Origin: Neoconidiobolus thromboides FSU 785 | Lineage: Eukaryota; Fungi; Entomophthoromycota | DNA length: 36,507 nucleotides | NCBI GenBank assembly: GCA_025603075.1 | Contig: MU626451.1 | Location: 1 to 36,507 of the forward strand | Direction: 5' to 3' | Part shown: piece after piece, positions 22,111 to 33,912 of the stretch | Position numbering within the stretch: the first letter of the stretch is position 1 | Layout of the letters: each line of letters starts with the position of its first letter | The notes under the pieces: generated by a model | Seen by the model: the letters and a program-made list of their open reading frames with translations, nothing else | Database searches by the model: none | What the model was told of the DNA's origin: nothing | Made by a program: the position numbers and the translations under genes

Positions 22111-24470
22111 TTAGAGATCACCTAAGGAATATATTTGATTAAAATCCCTATCATAAATATGTAAAATAGGTAATTTAAAATTAATTGGATGCCATTTTAA
22201 CCAGCTCAAACTAAATTGAAAACAGTTATTTTCTTTAATAGGAGGTAATTGATAAATAGGTTTGTTAAATAAAAATAATTTACTATTATTTTTTAATAAA
22301 CGTTGATAATAATAATCATTCAAATCTTTAGTTTTATCTTCTTTTAAAAAGGGTTGATGCAAACTAAAATACTTTTTTTTACTTAAAAAATAACTTTTTT
22401 TCCTTCTCCAATTACTATGATATCTCTTATTCATCTCTTTCTCTTCCATGTCTTCATTTAATACTGAGTTTGGTTCAAAACACACTGTGTTTTCATTAAA
22501 TAATACAGGCTCATCTTTTACAAATATTGTTAGATTCCTTGTGCTGCTACCCTTATTATATATCATTATTTTTAACTTAATAGATTCGCCCATTTTAACT
22601 TCGTTTGGGTTTAGATCTAGTGAAATTAAAACGTTATCATTTATATAGTTGGTTAGGCTTAATTGGTTTGGTGAATTTGGTAGATTGGGTAGGATATCAT
22701 TTGGAGGCAATATAATACTATTATTGTGACTATGATTATTATTATTAAGTAGTAAGCTATTGTTATTATTATTTAACGGGTTATTGTTGCTATTAATTAG
22801 ATAAAAGTGATTGTTACTAATGTTACTATTTGATGAAGTGTTTAAATAATCAGCTATATTTTTTGGCAATCTACTTATTATTGAAGCATTTGAAGAAGTC
22901 ACTGGCTTTGAACTAGTAGATGATATCGTAATTTCTGAAGAAGTGTTTGAAGAATGAGGGTAATGATTAATTACTTTGCTATTATTATTTGTATTACTAG
23001 TGTCATTATTGATGATACTATTAATTAATCTTACTTTTGAACTATTATTAACAACACTGTTATTAATATCTAACCTTAACTTATATTTTATCTGTAGTGG
23101 CTTGTTATTCCATTGATAATTTGATACACACAACTCTACTTCAACCTCATGTGAGTTATTACCAAAATTATTTGTGAATAAATTAAAAGATTCATTGTCA
23201 TTGTTATTATTTAATATACTGCTATCACTATTAATGATATTACTATTACTGTTTACTGTTAAATTATAATTATAAATTATATTAAACTCTTCTTTATTGT
23301 TTAACCTAAGGGGTAAATTTAGATTTGCATTATTAAACTGCCCATGGTTTGATTTTAATTTGATATTTCTTATTAATATCTCATTCTTATTACTTTTGAA
23401 TATATTTTTTATATTTAATTTAATCAGATACTCGTTATTATTCAATTTGTAGCTTGTTGCTAAATCTAGTTTTAGTTGAGGTTTGACTATTATATTGATT
23501 TTAGTATAAATTCCTGGTATTAAGTAATATTGGTTTAATATATTCTCATAATTTAGCATACCAAATAGTATACCATTATCGTAATAATTATTTGTATTTG
23601 AATTGTATAGAGTTAAATTAGGTGTTGTTGGCGTTGAATTACTTGAACTTTGATAATTTAAAAAATAATTACTAGACAACCTCCATTGAAATTGATGCCT
23701 TCTACTTGGTACATTCGGTTTCCCTATTATCATTTCTAACTCCATGCTCAATGACTCTCTATTAAATATGTTTTTACTATTAATCCTAATACTAAATTTA
23801 TATAAACAGGCCCATGTATCTTCACAAATAAAATACTCGTGATAATTGCTACTCTGCTGAGGATTATAAATTAAAAATGTATTTTGATTAATTTTGTTTT
23901 TATTTCCGTTTATTAAGTCATCCTCATCTATAATATCAATATCTTTATTTAATGGTAATACTATAGCTTCTTCTGAACTATTTTCCAAGTTTAAACTCCA
24001 ATGTGACAGTGTAGTTGAATTTTTACTGGTCCCATCCTTATCTTCATTTAAATCTTCATCAATCTTTGAGGCCATAAAATGATATAGCTGTTCAAATTTA
24101 TTTTTTATAAGAAATGATACATCTTCTGTAGGTATTATACTTTCTTTCTTTTTGATATTTAAAAATCCATTTGTTTTATTATCTTTGTTTTTATTTATTA
24201 AATTCTCATCAACGTTATATTGTTCTGAACTATGAATAATTAAAAATAGCATTACATTTTCACCTAAGTTACATATATTATTATAAGATTACTTCTCATT
24301 AGTATTAAGATTAAAATTTTACCATGAAAGAATTCCTTTCGAGTATTTATTGAATTATATAGATGGGGCTCATTTAATAATTTTTCAGTATCTTGGGCTG
24401 TCCTTGGTATTATTAAGCTAATTTTACTTTTCTTCAAAAAGGATTTTGTTGGATCAATGCGTGTAGACAT
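22111..24470 (-). CDS. TRS65: TRAPPII subunit Trs65/TRAPPC14-like protein with Asn-rich insertions, 2 exons
   Basis: Intron 24322-24264 joins the ORFs to give ...HLYNSINTRKEFFH|GENVMLFLII, resembling the TRAPPC14 N-terminus (RYRALPRRNHLYLGETVRFLLVL) as recalled. C-terminal Ig-like segments VLISLDLNPNEVKMGESIKLKIMIYNKGSSTRNLTI and LPILHIYDRDFNQIY fit Trs65. Confidence 0.65.
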
Positions 24471-25280
24471 TTTTTAATAAAATTTGACTTCTAGTTAGAA
24501 TAAATAAACTAAAATTAATAAACAAAACAAAATTACTTTTAAAACTTTTAATATACAGACAAATTCACTTCTAACTTTTTTAAAATAAGTTCTTAATTTT
24601 TTATTACTTGTTTACTATGCTTCTTGTTACAATTCAACTACCATTTATTGGTTCCAATTAGTTTACGCCGGGTTCCTCCATTTCTATTTTTAGAGCTGGG
24701 GAAATTGCTTTAACATTCAAATTCTTTTTTACTGCTAAAGTCTTCATTTTTACCCACTACTTTTAACTGAATTTTTATTCAAATCTAAGTTACAATTTGC
24801 AGCTCTTATAACTCTTTTGCGACATTTTAGTAGTGATTTTTATAAATTTTTTATATTCCCAGTTTTTTAATATCCAGTTTCAACTTTGCGACATAACTAA
24901 CTACTTATTTGAGAATGAGATTTGTTATAAAATTTAACCAAAAGTCACAACAGGTGTATTTTAATTATATGTTACTTTAGCAAAATTTGACATCAAACTT
25001 ATTATGGGATAAAATTATATTCGTATATTTAAACTTTGTGATTGAATTCAATAAATTAGTCGAACTATGTACAAAACGAAAACTTTAAAATAAATCTTAA
25101 ATTTATTATTTGTGATATAGGTAGGATGATAATAAAAGTTTCTTTAATATATAAACCTTCCATCATCACTATTATTTATTATAAAATTAGACTATTTCTT
25201 TAGCTATTAATCTAATCAGTTCCTTTCTATACAAATTAAATAGATTTGTGAAATTAAAATCACTCGTTATGTTCTAGTGC

Positions 25281-25381
25281 ATAGGGATGTTTTTTGGTTT
25301 CATCACTTTTTCCATTTTTGAGTGTTATTTAAATAGAAAGACTGTTAATAAAATTCTTAAACGAAAAATACATTCCCGCAT
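25281..25381 (-). mobile_element. MITE-like element, copy C
   Basis: Reverse complement atgcgggaatgtatttttcgtttaagaattttattaacagtc...aaaaatggaaaaagtgatgaaaccaaaaaaacatccctat aligns with the other copies. Confidence 0.7.
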
Positions 25382-25640
25382 TGTTCATTTAAATATGTTA
25401 TTAGCCTTTTTTACATGAACTTAAAAATATAGAACCAAATACAATCTTTAAGCTCAGTTAAAAAAAGTCAATAACAAATTTGAATGAAGGTATCTGAAAC
25501 GTAATGAACAATATAACAATGATAACAGTTGGAAAATTGCTATAAATAGTATTTAAATAAAAATGTTAATGATTATACTCTAAAGATTAGTAAAATGAAA
25601 CAATCTACATTATTATACCTTATAGAATTTTAGAAAGCAT

Positions 25641-25741
25641 ATGGGGATGTATTTTTGTGTTTAAGGATTTTACTAACAATTTTTCCACTAAATAGTGCTT
25701 GAAAAATGGAAAAAGTAATGAAGTTAAAAAAACACTCCCAT
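25641..25741 (+). mobile_element. MITE-like element, copy D
   Basis: atggggatgtatttttgtgtttaaggattttactaacaatttttcc...aaaaaaacactcccat followed by (AT)n. Preceded by at. Confidence 0.8.
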
Positions 25742-26201
25742 ATATATATAAATAAGCCATTAGTAGTAGTATATCACTTAAACAGTGATGTACCACAAAA
25801 ACCCAACTAGCTATTATATTGGAATACCCTTATACTAAGAAACTCGAGATATTACTTTGATAGTCAAGTGCCAATTTTTAATGCTACTAGTAATTTGAAT
25901 GGCATAACAAGTTTGTAAGTGAAGGTAATAGGTCTAATATCATATTTAGTTTGCAAATAAAGGAATATTTTTTTATATGATTAGTGAGTTATTAAAGCTA
26001 GTATACTTATAGTCTTATATTAAAAGTTATATTGCTTAGAGTGATCATTTTAAAAAACTAGTATATTTAACAAGTATGAATATACTTTAAATTATCAAAA
26101 GAAATAAAAAAGTAAAAATCTAACCATCGGTAAAGTTAACTATATTGAACCTTGTTTTATTTTTTGTTAAAGGGAGGTATGCGTTATTTATCAAAATACA
26201 T

Positions 26202-26299
26202 ATGGGGATATATTTTTCGTCTAAGAACTTTATTAACAGTCTTTCCATTCAAATAGTACTCAAAAATGGAAAAAGTGATGAAATCAAAAAACACCTCAT
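26202..26299 (+). mobile_element. MITE-like element, copy E
   Basis: atggggatatatttttcgtctaagaactttattaacagtctttcc...gtgatgaaatcaaaaaacacctcat. Shares diagnostic variants with copy C. Confidence 0.7.
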
Positions 26300-26793
26300 A
26301 TGATATAATGGAAATTGATTGAGATGTTAAAGTATAAAATAATTTTATAAGGATAAACCACCTAATGCAAAACTTCAAGCCTAAAATGAATACTGCTTTA
26401 TGTTTTGGGTTTATATTTAATATAATGATTTTAAAGTTAGAGCCACTCTGTGGCATAATTAGATTTTACATTATTTTAAAAATATGATATGATATTTTTT
26501 ACGGTGTAAATTTATATTAGCATAGTAGTTCTACTTTCAAGATAGCAACCCATAAATCAGTATTTGATTTCAATTCTTCAGATTTATATATCAAAGCTAT
26601 ATTTAAAATTGCATATTAAAATAAAGAGAATTTAAATTTAAAGAATTAGGCAATCTCTATTAAAATACCATAATAAATGGTACTTAACGTTTAAGCTTTA
26701 TTAAAATGTGGAGAAACTGATAAAAATTTTAATGTTTAAAATTAGTTAAGCTAGGATTCCATGTAAACTGAGTGAGACAGAAATAATAAATCC

Positions 26794-26859
26794 CGATTGG
26801 TCAAAATAATTAAGAACAAACCGATTCATTGAGCCACGTAAAGCCTAGCTAGCCAATCA
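26794..26859. promoter_or_regulatory. Two oppositely oriented CCAAT boxes upstream of CDC55
   Basis: CGATTGGTC at 26794-26802 and AGCCAATCA at 26851-26859 fit the NF-Y/HAP consensus RRCCAATCR. They lie about 280-340 bp upstream of the ATG. Confidence 0.4.
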
Positions 26860-27134
26860 AAAATGAACTATAGGCTAGCATTTGCTGCTAACATCAAGTT
26901 TGGAGTAAAGTAAAGTAAATAAAGCAGCAAATTTGGTTATGACGATAATTATTAGTTAAAAGAAATTAATAACCTATTTTCTAAGTTTTAATTCGACTCT
27001 TAATGTAAATTCCTATTGCTTTATTTTTATTTAAATAATTTTTAATTGTGTCTTTTTATACCTTTATTTGATCACAATCAATAGTTTACATCTTAATATA
27101 ATATAATTAGTTGGCATAAATTTAAGTTGTCATA

Positions 27135-28781
27135 ATGGAAGAAGAAACTGGGTGGAAATTTGCCCAATGCTTTGGGGACAAAGGTGATATTACAGATATT
27201 AGTGAAGGTAAGCCTTAATGATATTTTTTTTGTAGTTTGTCTCATCATACTGTTTTATTTTAGCTGATATTATCTCAACAGTTGAGTTTGATCATACTGG
27301 TGATTATTTAGCAACTGGTGATAAAGGAGGAAGGGTCGTTTTATTCGATCGTAATGAATCTGTAACTATTTATGCTTTTTTAAAATTATACGTTTGATAA
27401 TAACTGCTGTTTGTTTAATTTAGAAACAAGGAGTTGAATATAAATTCTTTACAGAATTTCAGTCTCATGAACCTGAATTTGATTATCTGAAAAGTTTAGA
27501 AATAGAAGAAAAAATCAATAAAATAAAGTGGTGTCGTCGTACTAACACTTCGCATTTTCTTTTATCAACTAATGGTAACTTGTAACATTTTATTTTTATG
27601 AGTATTTGGTTTATTTTTATTATTTTAGATAAGACAATTAAACTTTGGAAAATTTTTGAAAAAAAGATTAAAGTTGTAGCTGAAAATAACTTAGGTGGGA
27701 CAACGGCACCAAGAGCATTCAATCCAAAAGGATTGAAGCTTCCTAAATTAGTCCTTCATGATCGTATGGTAGCTGCTTCACCTAGAAAAATTTATGCTAA
27801 TGCCCACGCTTACCATATAAACTCAATTGCTGTTAACTCAGACGGAGAAACTTATATTTCTGCAGATGATTTACGTATCAATTTATGGAATTTAGGGATC
27901 TCTGATCGTAGTTTTAACATCGTTGATATTAAACCAACAAATATGGAAGAACTTACTGAAGTTATTACTGCTGCTGACTTTCATCCAAATCATTGTAATT
28001 TATTAATGTATAGTAGCAGTAAGGGAAATATTAAACTTTGTGATATGAGATCTGCAGCATTATGTGACCAATATGCTCAAGGTAACATTAAATCTCATGT
28101 TTTTGTTGATTAAAATACTAATCATATTAAATTAGTATTTGAAGAAGAAGAAGATCCAGCAGATCGCTCCTTTTTTTCAGAAATTATTTCATCCATTTCT
28201 GATATTAGATTCAGTAATGATGGACGTTATATTCTATCAAGAGACTATCTTTCATTAAGAATTTGGGATATCAATATGGCAACTCGTCCTATCAAAACCA
28301 TTAGCGTACATGATCATTTACGTAGTAAATTATGCGATTTGTATGAAAACGACTGTATTTTCGATAAATTTGAGTGCATGTTTAGTGGTGATGGATCGTA
28401 ACTTTAATTCCATTTTTTATTATAATCTTAACTATCCTCTTCTTTAGACAAGTGTTAGCTGGTTCCTATAGTAATGCGATTAATATATTTGATTTAAATA
28501 GTGATAAAGAAATACAAATTCCTGCAGACAAGAATGCATTTAAATCTAAAAGTGTAGGGCATGTAAGACGCCGTTCAGGACAAGGAAAAGGAGGGCGTGA
28601 TGATTTGAATGTTCATACCATTGATTTTAATAAAAAAGTGCTCCATGCCTCTTGGCATCCACATGAAAATACTGTTGCCGTAGCTGCTACTAATAATCTC
28701 TTTATTTTCTCAACGTAAGAATCTATTTTATTACATGCTTTACAATTAATCTAACTGTTTGATTTTAGTGAAGCAGCTTAG
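27135..28781 (+). CDS. CDC55: Protein phosphatase 2A regulatory subunit B55 (WD40), multi-exon
   Basis: [104 protein letters not shown] and [13 protein letters not shown] final intron 28715-28768 gives ...FST|EAA*. Confidence 0.97.
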
Positions 28782-30107
28782 TCTATTCAGGTTTATTATA
28801 GGATCCCCACTTTATAAAATGCTTTGGATATAATGCTTTTCGAACTGTAAATTAGTAATGTTCATGGTATTAAACCCTTTAACTAGAAATCAGAATATTT
28901 TTTATTTTATAACTTCTAACTTTTGATTTTTTTAATACAAAATATACTGTTATAGATCAAAGTATTACAAGTTGAACAAAAAGTGTACATATTATTCGTT
29001 TACTTTAATTAAAATTATTTAATTTAAAAAGTATCAATAAATACTAATCATTTTATATTATGAGGAATAAGCATAGAAAACAAACGAATTCTAAAGCAAG
29101 TTTGATGACTTTATTTCACATAATATAACATCAAATTAATAAGCGAAAGTAGGATAGTAAACGGTTTAATAATGAAGAATTATAGATAATAATAAAGTTT
29201 GATAATTTACTATCTATCATAAAATTTTAATTATTTTAATATGTACAAAAAGGTATTTAAGTTAGACCAAATAATGCAATATAAATAGTCTTGCATTAAC
29301 TTTAATAACAACAAAAGATTCTAAAGGAAGATGGACCATTTATCATCTGCTTTATAGCTTCTTCATTTGGCTCATGCTACTCTTAAGTAGTCTACTACTC
29401 AGCTTTTTAGTAAGTGGAAACAACTGGGCAAACTTGCTCTATCCTTTGAAACTACAAATTGAGATAATAATTTTTTATGATAAATTATATAATGACAATG
29501 AGATTGAGTACCATTATTTTATTTACCACAGTAAAGCTTCATACAAAATATGATTTATAGCATTTTTGAAAGCTCAAGAATTTTATAGCAAATAATGAAA
29601 TAAAAAGTAAAAAAACGAAAATCAAGAATTAAATTAGAAAGTAAAATCCAATCGTTTACTAATAAATTAGAGAGTAATAAAGATATTAAAAACGAACTAC
29701 AAATATTTAAGATAAGTTTTAAATAGACAGTAATACAACTATTTATTTGGTTTTATTTTTAATGAAAGCTGGTGTTTTCATAGAATAATATCAATATTTT
29801 AAAAATCAGCTTACGGGGATATCTTTTTTAGTTTCATTTGTTTGTTTTTTATACAGCTAAAAGTTGAACAATTTATTAGTAATATTATTAAACAAAAAAG
29901 GTGTTCATATACAGAAAATAGATATTGTTTTGCTATCTGGTCGAAATGATTATAATAACTTTAGCATTAATAGTCATTTTAGTTAATAGTAGTAATCAAT
30001 TTAGAATATTTTAAATGTAATAATGTTTTATTTATAAGTCTATAAGTATAGCAATGCTAAGAGAGAAAATCAACCAGTAATAGGTAGTAAATAAAAATAA
30101 CACCGTA

Positions 30108-32019
30108 TTAATTCTTATTATGCGATGCTTTAAATCTTTTTTTACTGATTGCCAACTTATGTCTTGATTTGTAAAGACCAATGTACTGTTTTCTATTTTC
30201 AGCCAATTCTTTTTCTAATTCTTCTAAACTTTCTGTACGTTGAAATATCTTTTCCCCTCCAAATCGTGCTTTATATTCTAACTCAGTGTTAAGATGGAAA
30301 AAGAACCATGGCTCATGACCTGCTTTATCATCAGCGATGTTTGCCTTTTCCTGTTGTATTATACCTACTTGTTCTAATGGCTCAATTTCAGCAGGAATCT
30401 CATCATCCGATTCTTCACTTGAATCCGGTTTCAAGCCAAATAAAGAAAAAGTTCCCTGATCTCTTTTCTCAACATCTTTATTAAAAATGCTTCCAATTCT
30501 TTCACTAACTTCGAAATGCTTGTCTTTTGTCACTTCTGGTGTCAATGAAATACCAATATTATCATTTTTATTATGTTCGCTTAAATCTAACTTTACTTCT
30601 TTATCCGATTTTCTTATTTGATTTGAAGCCCCTAATTTTGATGGGTCTATTTCAAGTTCTTCGGCGTCAGAGGCGTCTGGATCATATCTTATCATCCCCT
30701 TCCATTCTAACCCGGGATTTGCTCTTTTAGTTTCAGTATACTGGTCTTGAACAGTACTTTGCGATGGCAAATTAAGAATATTTTTTAAAAGATCTAACGC
30801 TTTTCCTTTTTCTTCTTCCAATGATACTTTAATATTATCTTTATTTTCAGTTTCTTGGACCTCTTCAACACTTTCTTCATCAGAATTAATAAAATCTTCG
30901 CCTAACTTGAAACGAGCATCATTGCCAAATCTTTTTTGTAACTGTAGTCTTTTATGACCCTCTTTTCCTTCAAATACTGGATTTATTCTTATATCGTTTG
31001 TTTCTGTGTCTACCTCTTCATCATCACTAAATAAGAATTGCTGTCCATCTTTAGCGTCATCATTTGTATCTTTCACTTCCTCTGCTTCTTCTTCAGATTC
31101 GCCAAACAAATCATTGACTCTATTATTAATTTCAATAATTTTACTTGGTGCTTCAACGATATCTCCTTCATCGCTAAATGTTATTCTATTAGAGTTATTT
31201 ATCTAGAAAAAGATTTAACGTTGATAATAAGGATTTAAAATAACTTACTGGCTTATCAATATTTGACAACGCTGCAGTTATACCTTCTTTTTGTTTTTTG
31301 AGTAGTTCCGTTTTCTTGTTTATAGACTCTTTTTGTTTCAGTTTTGACTTTTGTTCCTAAAATGCTATTTTAATATCTAAATACAAAGTTTCCAATTTAG
31401 TTACTTTGTCTAAATTAATCTTATCTGAATTATCTTCGTATGTCTTTTCGTCATCTATAAACCATGATAAACTCTCTAAAGGAATACTGTCTATAATCGG
31501 GGCAATCACATCTTCTTTTTTTTTGAAGCTTTTAAGTTGGTGTTGATGTTTTTCTGGATCTATTGTAATCAGAGTCCCATCATTTTTTCTAATCTTTAAT
31601 TCACAAACAGCTCTTCCGTATCTAACTTTCTTCCATCCTTTTTTTTCAGGAATATCGTCCTTAATTAATGTCATATCTTTTGCTTCATGAGAGCCCAATC
31701 TTCGTCTTACACTTTTATCATCAACTTCTTCTATTACAAGTCTCTCTTTTTCTAATTTTTTTAAAAAACTCTCTTTAGCCAAAGCTAACTTCAATTGACT
31801 ACCTTTCCATTTACTTCCGTTTAGTATACTTTGACAACGCTGCCAACTTTTATCATCACATATTAAGGTCAGAAAAGCAAATCCTTTATAAAGACCGGTA
31901 GAATGGTCTTTAACTATCTCACAATCTTTGACTTTTCCAAAACTTTTAAACTTATCTATTAAATCGCTTTTATCTTCCACTTGCTTTGATAACCCCCCTA
32001 TATGTATTCTATGTTCCAT
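30108..32019 (-). CDS. NOL8: Nucleolar protein 8-like RRM protein (ribosome biogenesis), 3 exons
   Basis: N-terminal RRM ending LNGSKWKGSQLKLALAKESFLKKLEKER (NOL8: LNKTKWKGGTLQIQLAKESFLHRLAQER as recalled). C-terminal LQKRFGNDARFKL and MIRYDP. Introns about 31404-31357 and about 31247-31204 join the ORFs in frame. Confidence 0.8.
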
Positions 32020-32961
32020 AATTTTATTGAAAAAATTAAGTGAATAATTTATTTTGCTATTTATTAAGCTTACTACCTTTCCATATACATGTATTTTTGC
32101 ATTTGAACCTGAAATTGCACTGCTTTAACAAATCATTTTCACTAGTTATTGATCGTGTGCAAAAATAATTCTAAACATCAATCAGTATATTTAGATGTTA
32201 ATTTAAAAATGTATATTGCTAGCCTATTTGCTTTATCAGATTTTACTAAATAAGAGTTATTTAAATCCAGACTGGATATATTTGATAAAGGACTCTGAAC
32301 TTGTCTCTTTGTATCTTCTTTATTCTAATTCTTCAGCTATACAAACTTAGGAAAAGTTTAAATGTATAAAATACTTATAGCTACAAAGATAATTTAAATC
32401 CTAAAAATCGTGTGTATTTGCTATCTATAGCATTTGGTTACTCTATTCAATATCTCTAATTTCCAAGACTTAGATTAGTAGTACTAAAATCGTTAATATT
32501 TTTTTGCATATTTTATAAATCTCGTATAAATATTACTAAATAAAATATTAAAATAGTGGATTTTTTAATTATAACCTATTTTTTATAGTATTTAATAAAA
32601 TGAAGCTGTACTTTGACATTATGATTGTATTTTCAATTTGAATTTGAATGTTTCTAATATTAAAAAAGACAAAATATAAAAGTATAGATTAGTTACAGAA
32701 ATCAATTTTTTTAACCAGGTGAATAGAATTATTATAATATAAAGAATAAAAGTCATACGTAATTTAAATATTCTAAAATTTTATATAAAATTTGAATCCC
32801 AGTTAAAGCTTATAAATTATTGATTTTTAAATTTATTTAATTTAATAGTAGTAATATTATTATGGAAAGAGTTTCAAAATTTTGGTAGAAATTGAAAGCT
32901 ATATCTTTATATAATGAAACCTTTATTTAAATTTACATAATATTTAAATTTCAATTTGCTA

Positions 32962-33912
32962 TTAGAATGTTAAACAAGCAAATGCGCCATTATAGCCTTT
33001 ACAAGATGAGCCATATGGACAAACTTGGATTAAAGTTTTACCATTCAAGCAAATTGCTAAGTTGTTTTCATTACAGCGTAACTCTCCATGAGTAGTGCAT
33101 GAGTTGCTATTAGGGTCAACTGGTTTTTCAATTGGCTTTTCAACTGGTTTTTCGATCGGTTTAATTTCATAGACAGGTGGAGTTGGTTCTTTTTTCTCTG
33201 GCTCTTCCTTAGGTTGCTCCTTCTTAGGCTCTTGTTTTACAGGATCCTTGGGCTTGTTTTGGTCATTTCCTTCTGGAACACCTTGAGAGCCACTTGGTGA
33301 AATGGTTTTAGATGGAGTAGATTCCATTTCAGATTTTTTATAATCATTAGCAAAACCTTCTGGGAAAATTTCATAACCATCAATGTTAGCTATGGTTGGT
33401 ACATGTCCAGTGATACTTCCTCCTTCTTTACCATTCTTGATCGTAATATCAGCACAATTCATGTAATATTCACGATTACCAGATCTATTGATCCAACCCC
33501 ATGCAAATGTTACAGGTCCGCTTGGAGCATTAGCTGGGATAGGTATATCATAGTTTAATCCACCAGTTAAACAATCTCCATAAACACTCTTCAATACTAC
33601 CCAGTCTCTGTCATTGTAGGATACTGAAAATTGACAATGTCCTCCATTATGTGGAGCAGTACCACCGAGCTGTACAGAAACAGTTTCCCCAGCATTAACA
33701 TCATAGGATGATGGGCCTTTGGGGTAACCACGGCAAGGGTATGGAAATTCAGAGCCAAGTGGGGAACTGTAAGAGTAATCAAACTCAGGCTCAAGGTAAT
33801 TTTTGTTATGTTTAGATTTTCTTGGAGGAGGGTTAGTCATTTCCATGTGAGAAGTGACTTGGTAAGCAGCACCAAGGATGAATAAAATAGTTGAAAGTTT
33901 TGCACTAACCAT
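32962..33912 (-). CDS. Secreted AA11-type lytic polysaccharide monooxygenase with Pro/Glu/Lys linker and C-terminal Cys-rich (CBM19-like) module, intronless
   Basis: Signal peptide (residues 1-21) places His as the mature N-terminus (HMEMTNPPP). FPYPCRG, HNGGHCQFSVSY (second His) and FAWGWINRSGNREYYMNCADITI (axial Tyr region) match AA11. The tail CTTHGELRC...AICLNG...CPYGSSC...AC has 6 Cys. Confidence 0.85.
   Translation of the reverse strand: MVSAKLSTILFILGAAYQVTSHMEMTNPPPRKSKHNKNYLEPEFDYSYSSPLGSEFPYPCRGYPKGPSSYDVNAGETVSVQLGGTAPHNGGHCQFSVSYNDRDWVVLKSVYGDCLTGGLNYDIPIPANAPSGPVTFAWGWINRSGNREYYMNCADITIKNGKEGGSITGHVPTIANIDGYEIFPEGFANDYKKSEMESTPSKTISPSGSQGVPEGNDQNKPKDPVKQEPKKEQPKEEPEKKEPTPPVYEIKPIEKPVEKPIEKPVDPNSNSCTTHGELRCNENNLAICLNGKTLIQVCPYGSSCKGYNGAFACLTF
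33116..33163 (-). repeat. 4 x 12-bp coding tandem repeat (KPIE/KPVE/KPIE/KPVD-type units) in the LPMO linker
   Basis: Plus strand reads tcaactggtttt tcaattggcttt tcaactggtttt tcgatcggttta. Confidence 0.85.

Noticed and set aside
16671-26299. Repeats interpreted as a CRISPR array or prokaryotic IS ends
   Set aside because: Eukaryotic intron-rich context. The repeats are about 100 bp, dispersed and in mixed orientation, with no regular spacers or cas genes.
26184-26456. 90-aa minus-strand ORF
   Set aside because: It runs through MITE copy E and AT-rich flanks, with a hydrophobic/Lys/Ile composition expected from AT-rich non-coding DNA.
6626-28781. Functional link between INTS7 and PP2A subunit CDC55 (an Integrator-PP2A cluster)
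   Set aside because: Integrator binds the PP2A A-C core without a B subunit, so B55 is not part of it. The genes are 16 kb apart with unrelated genes between them.
29320-29470. Less AT-rich patch with a stop-riddled minus frame (HEPNEEAIKQMINGPSS), suggesting RIP-like C-to-T decay
   Set aside because: Too short, with no identifiable parent sequence. Mutation bias cannot be shown without homologous copies.
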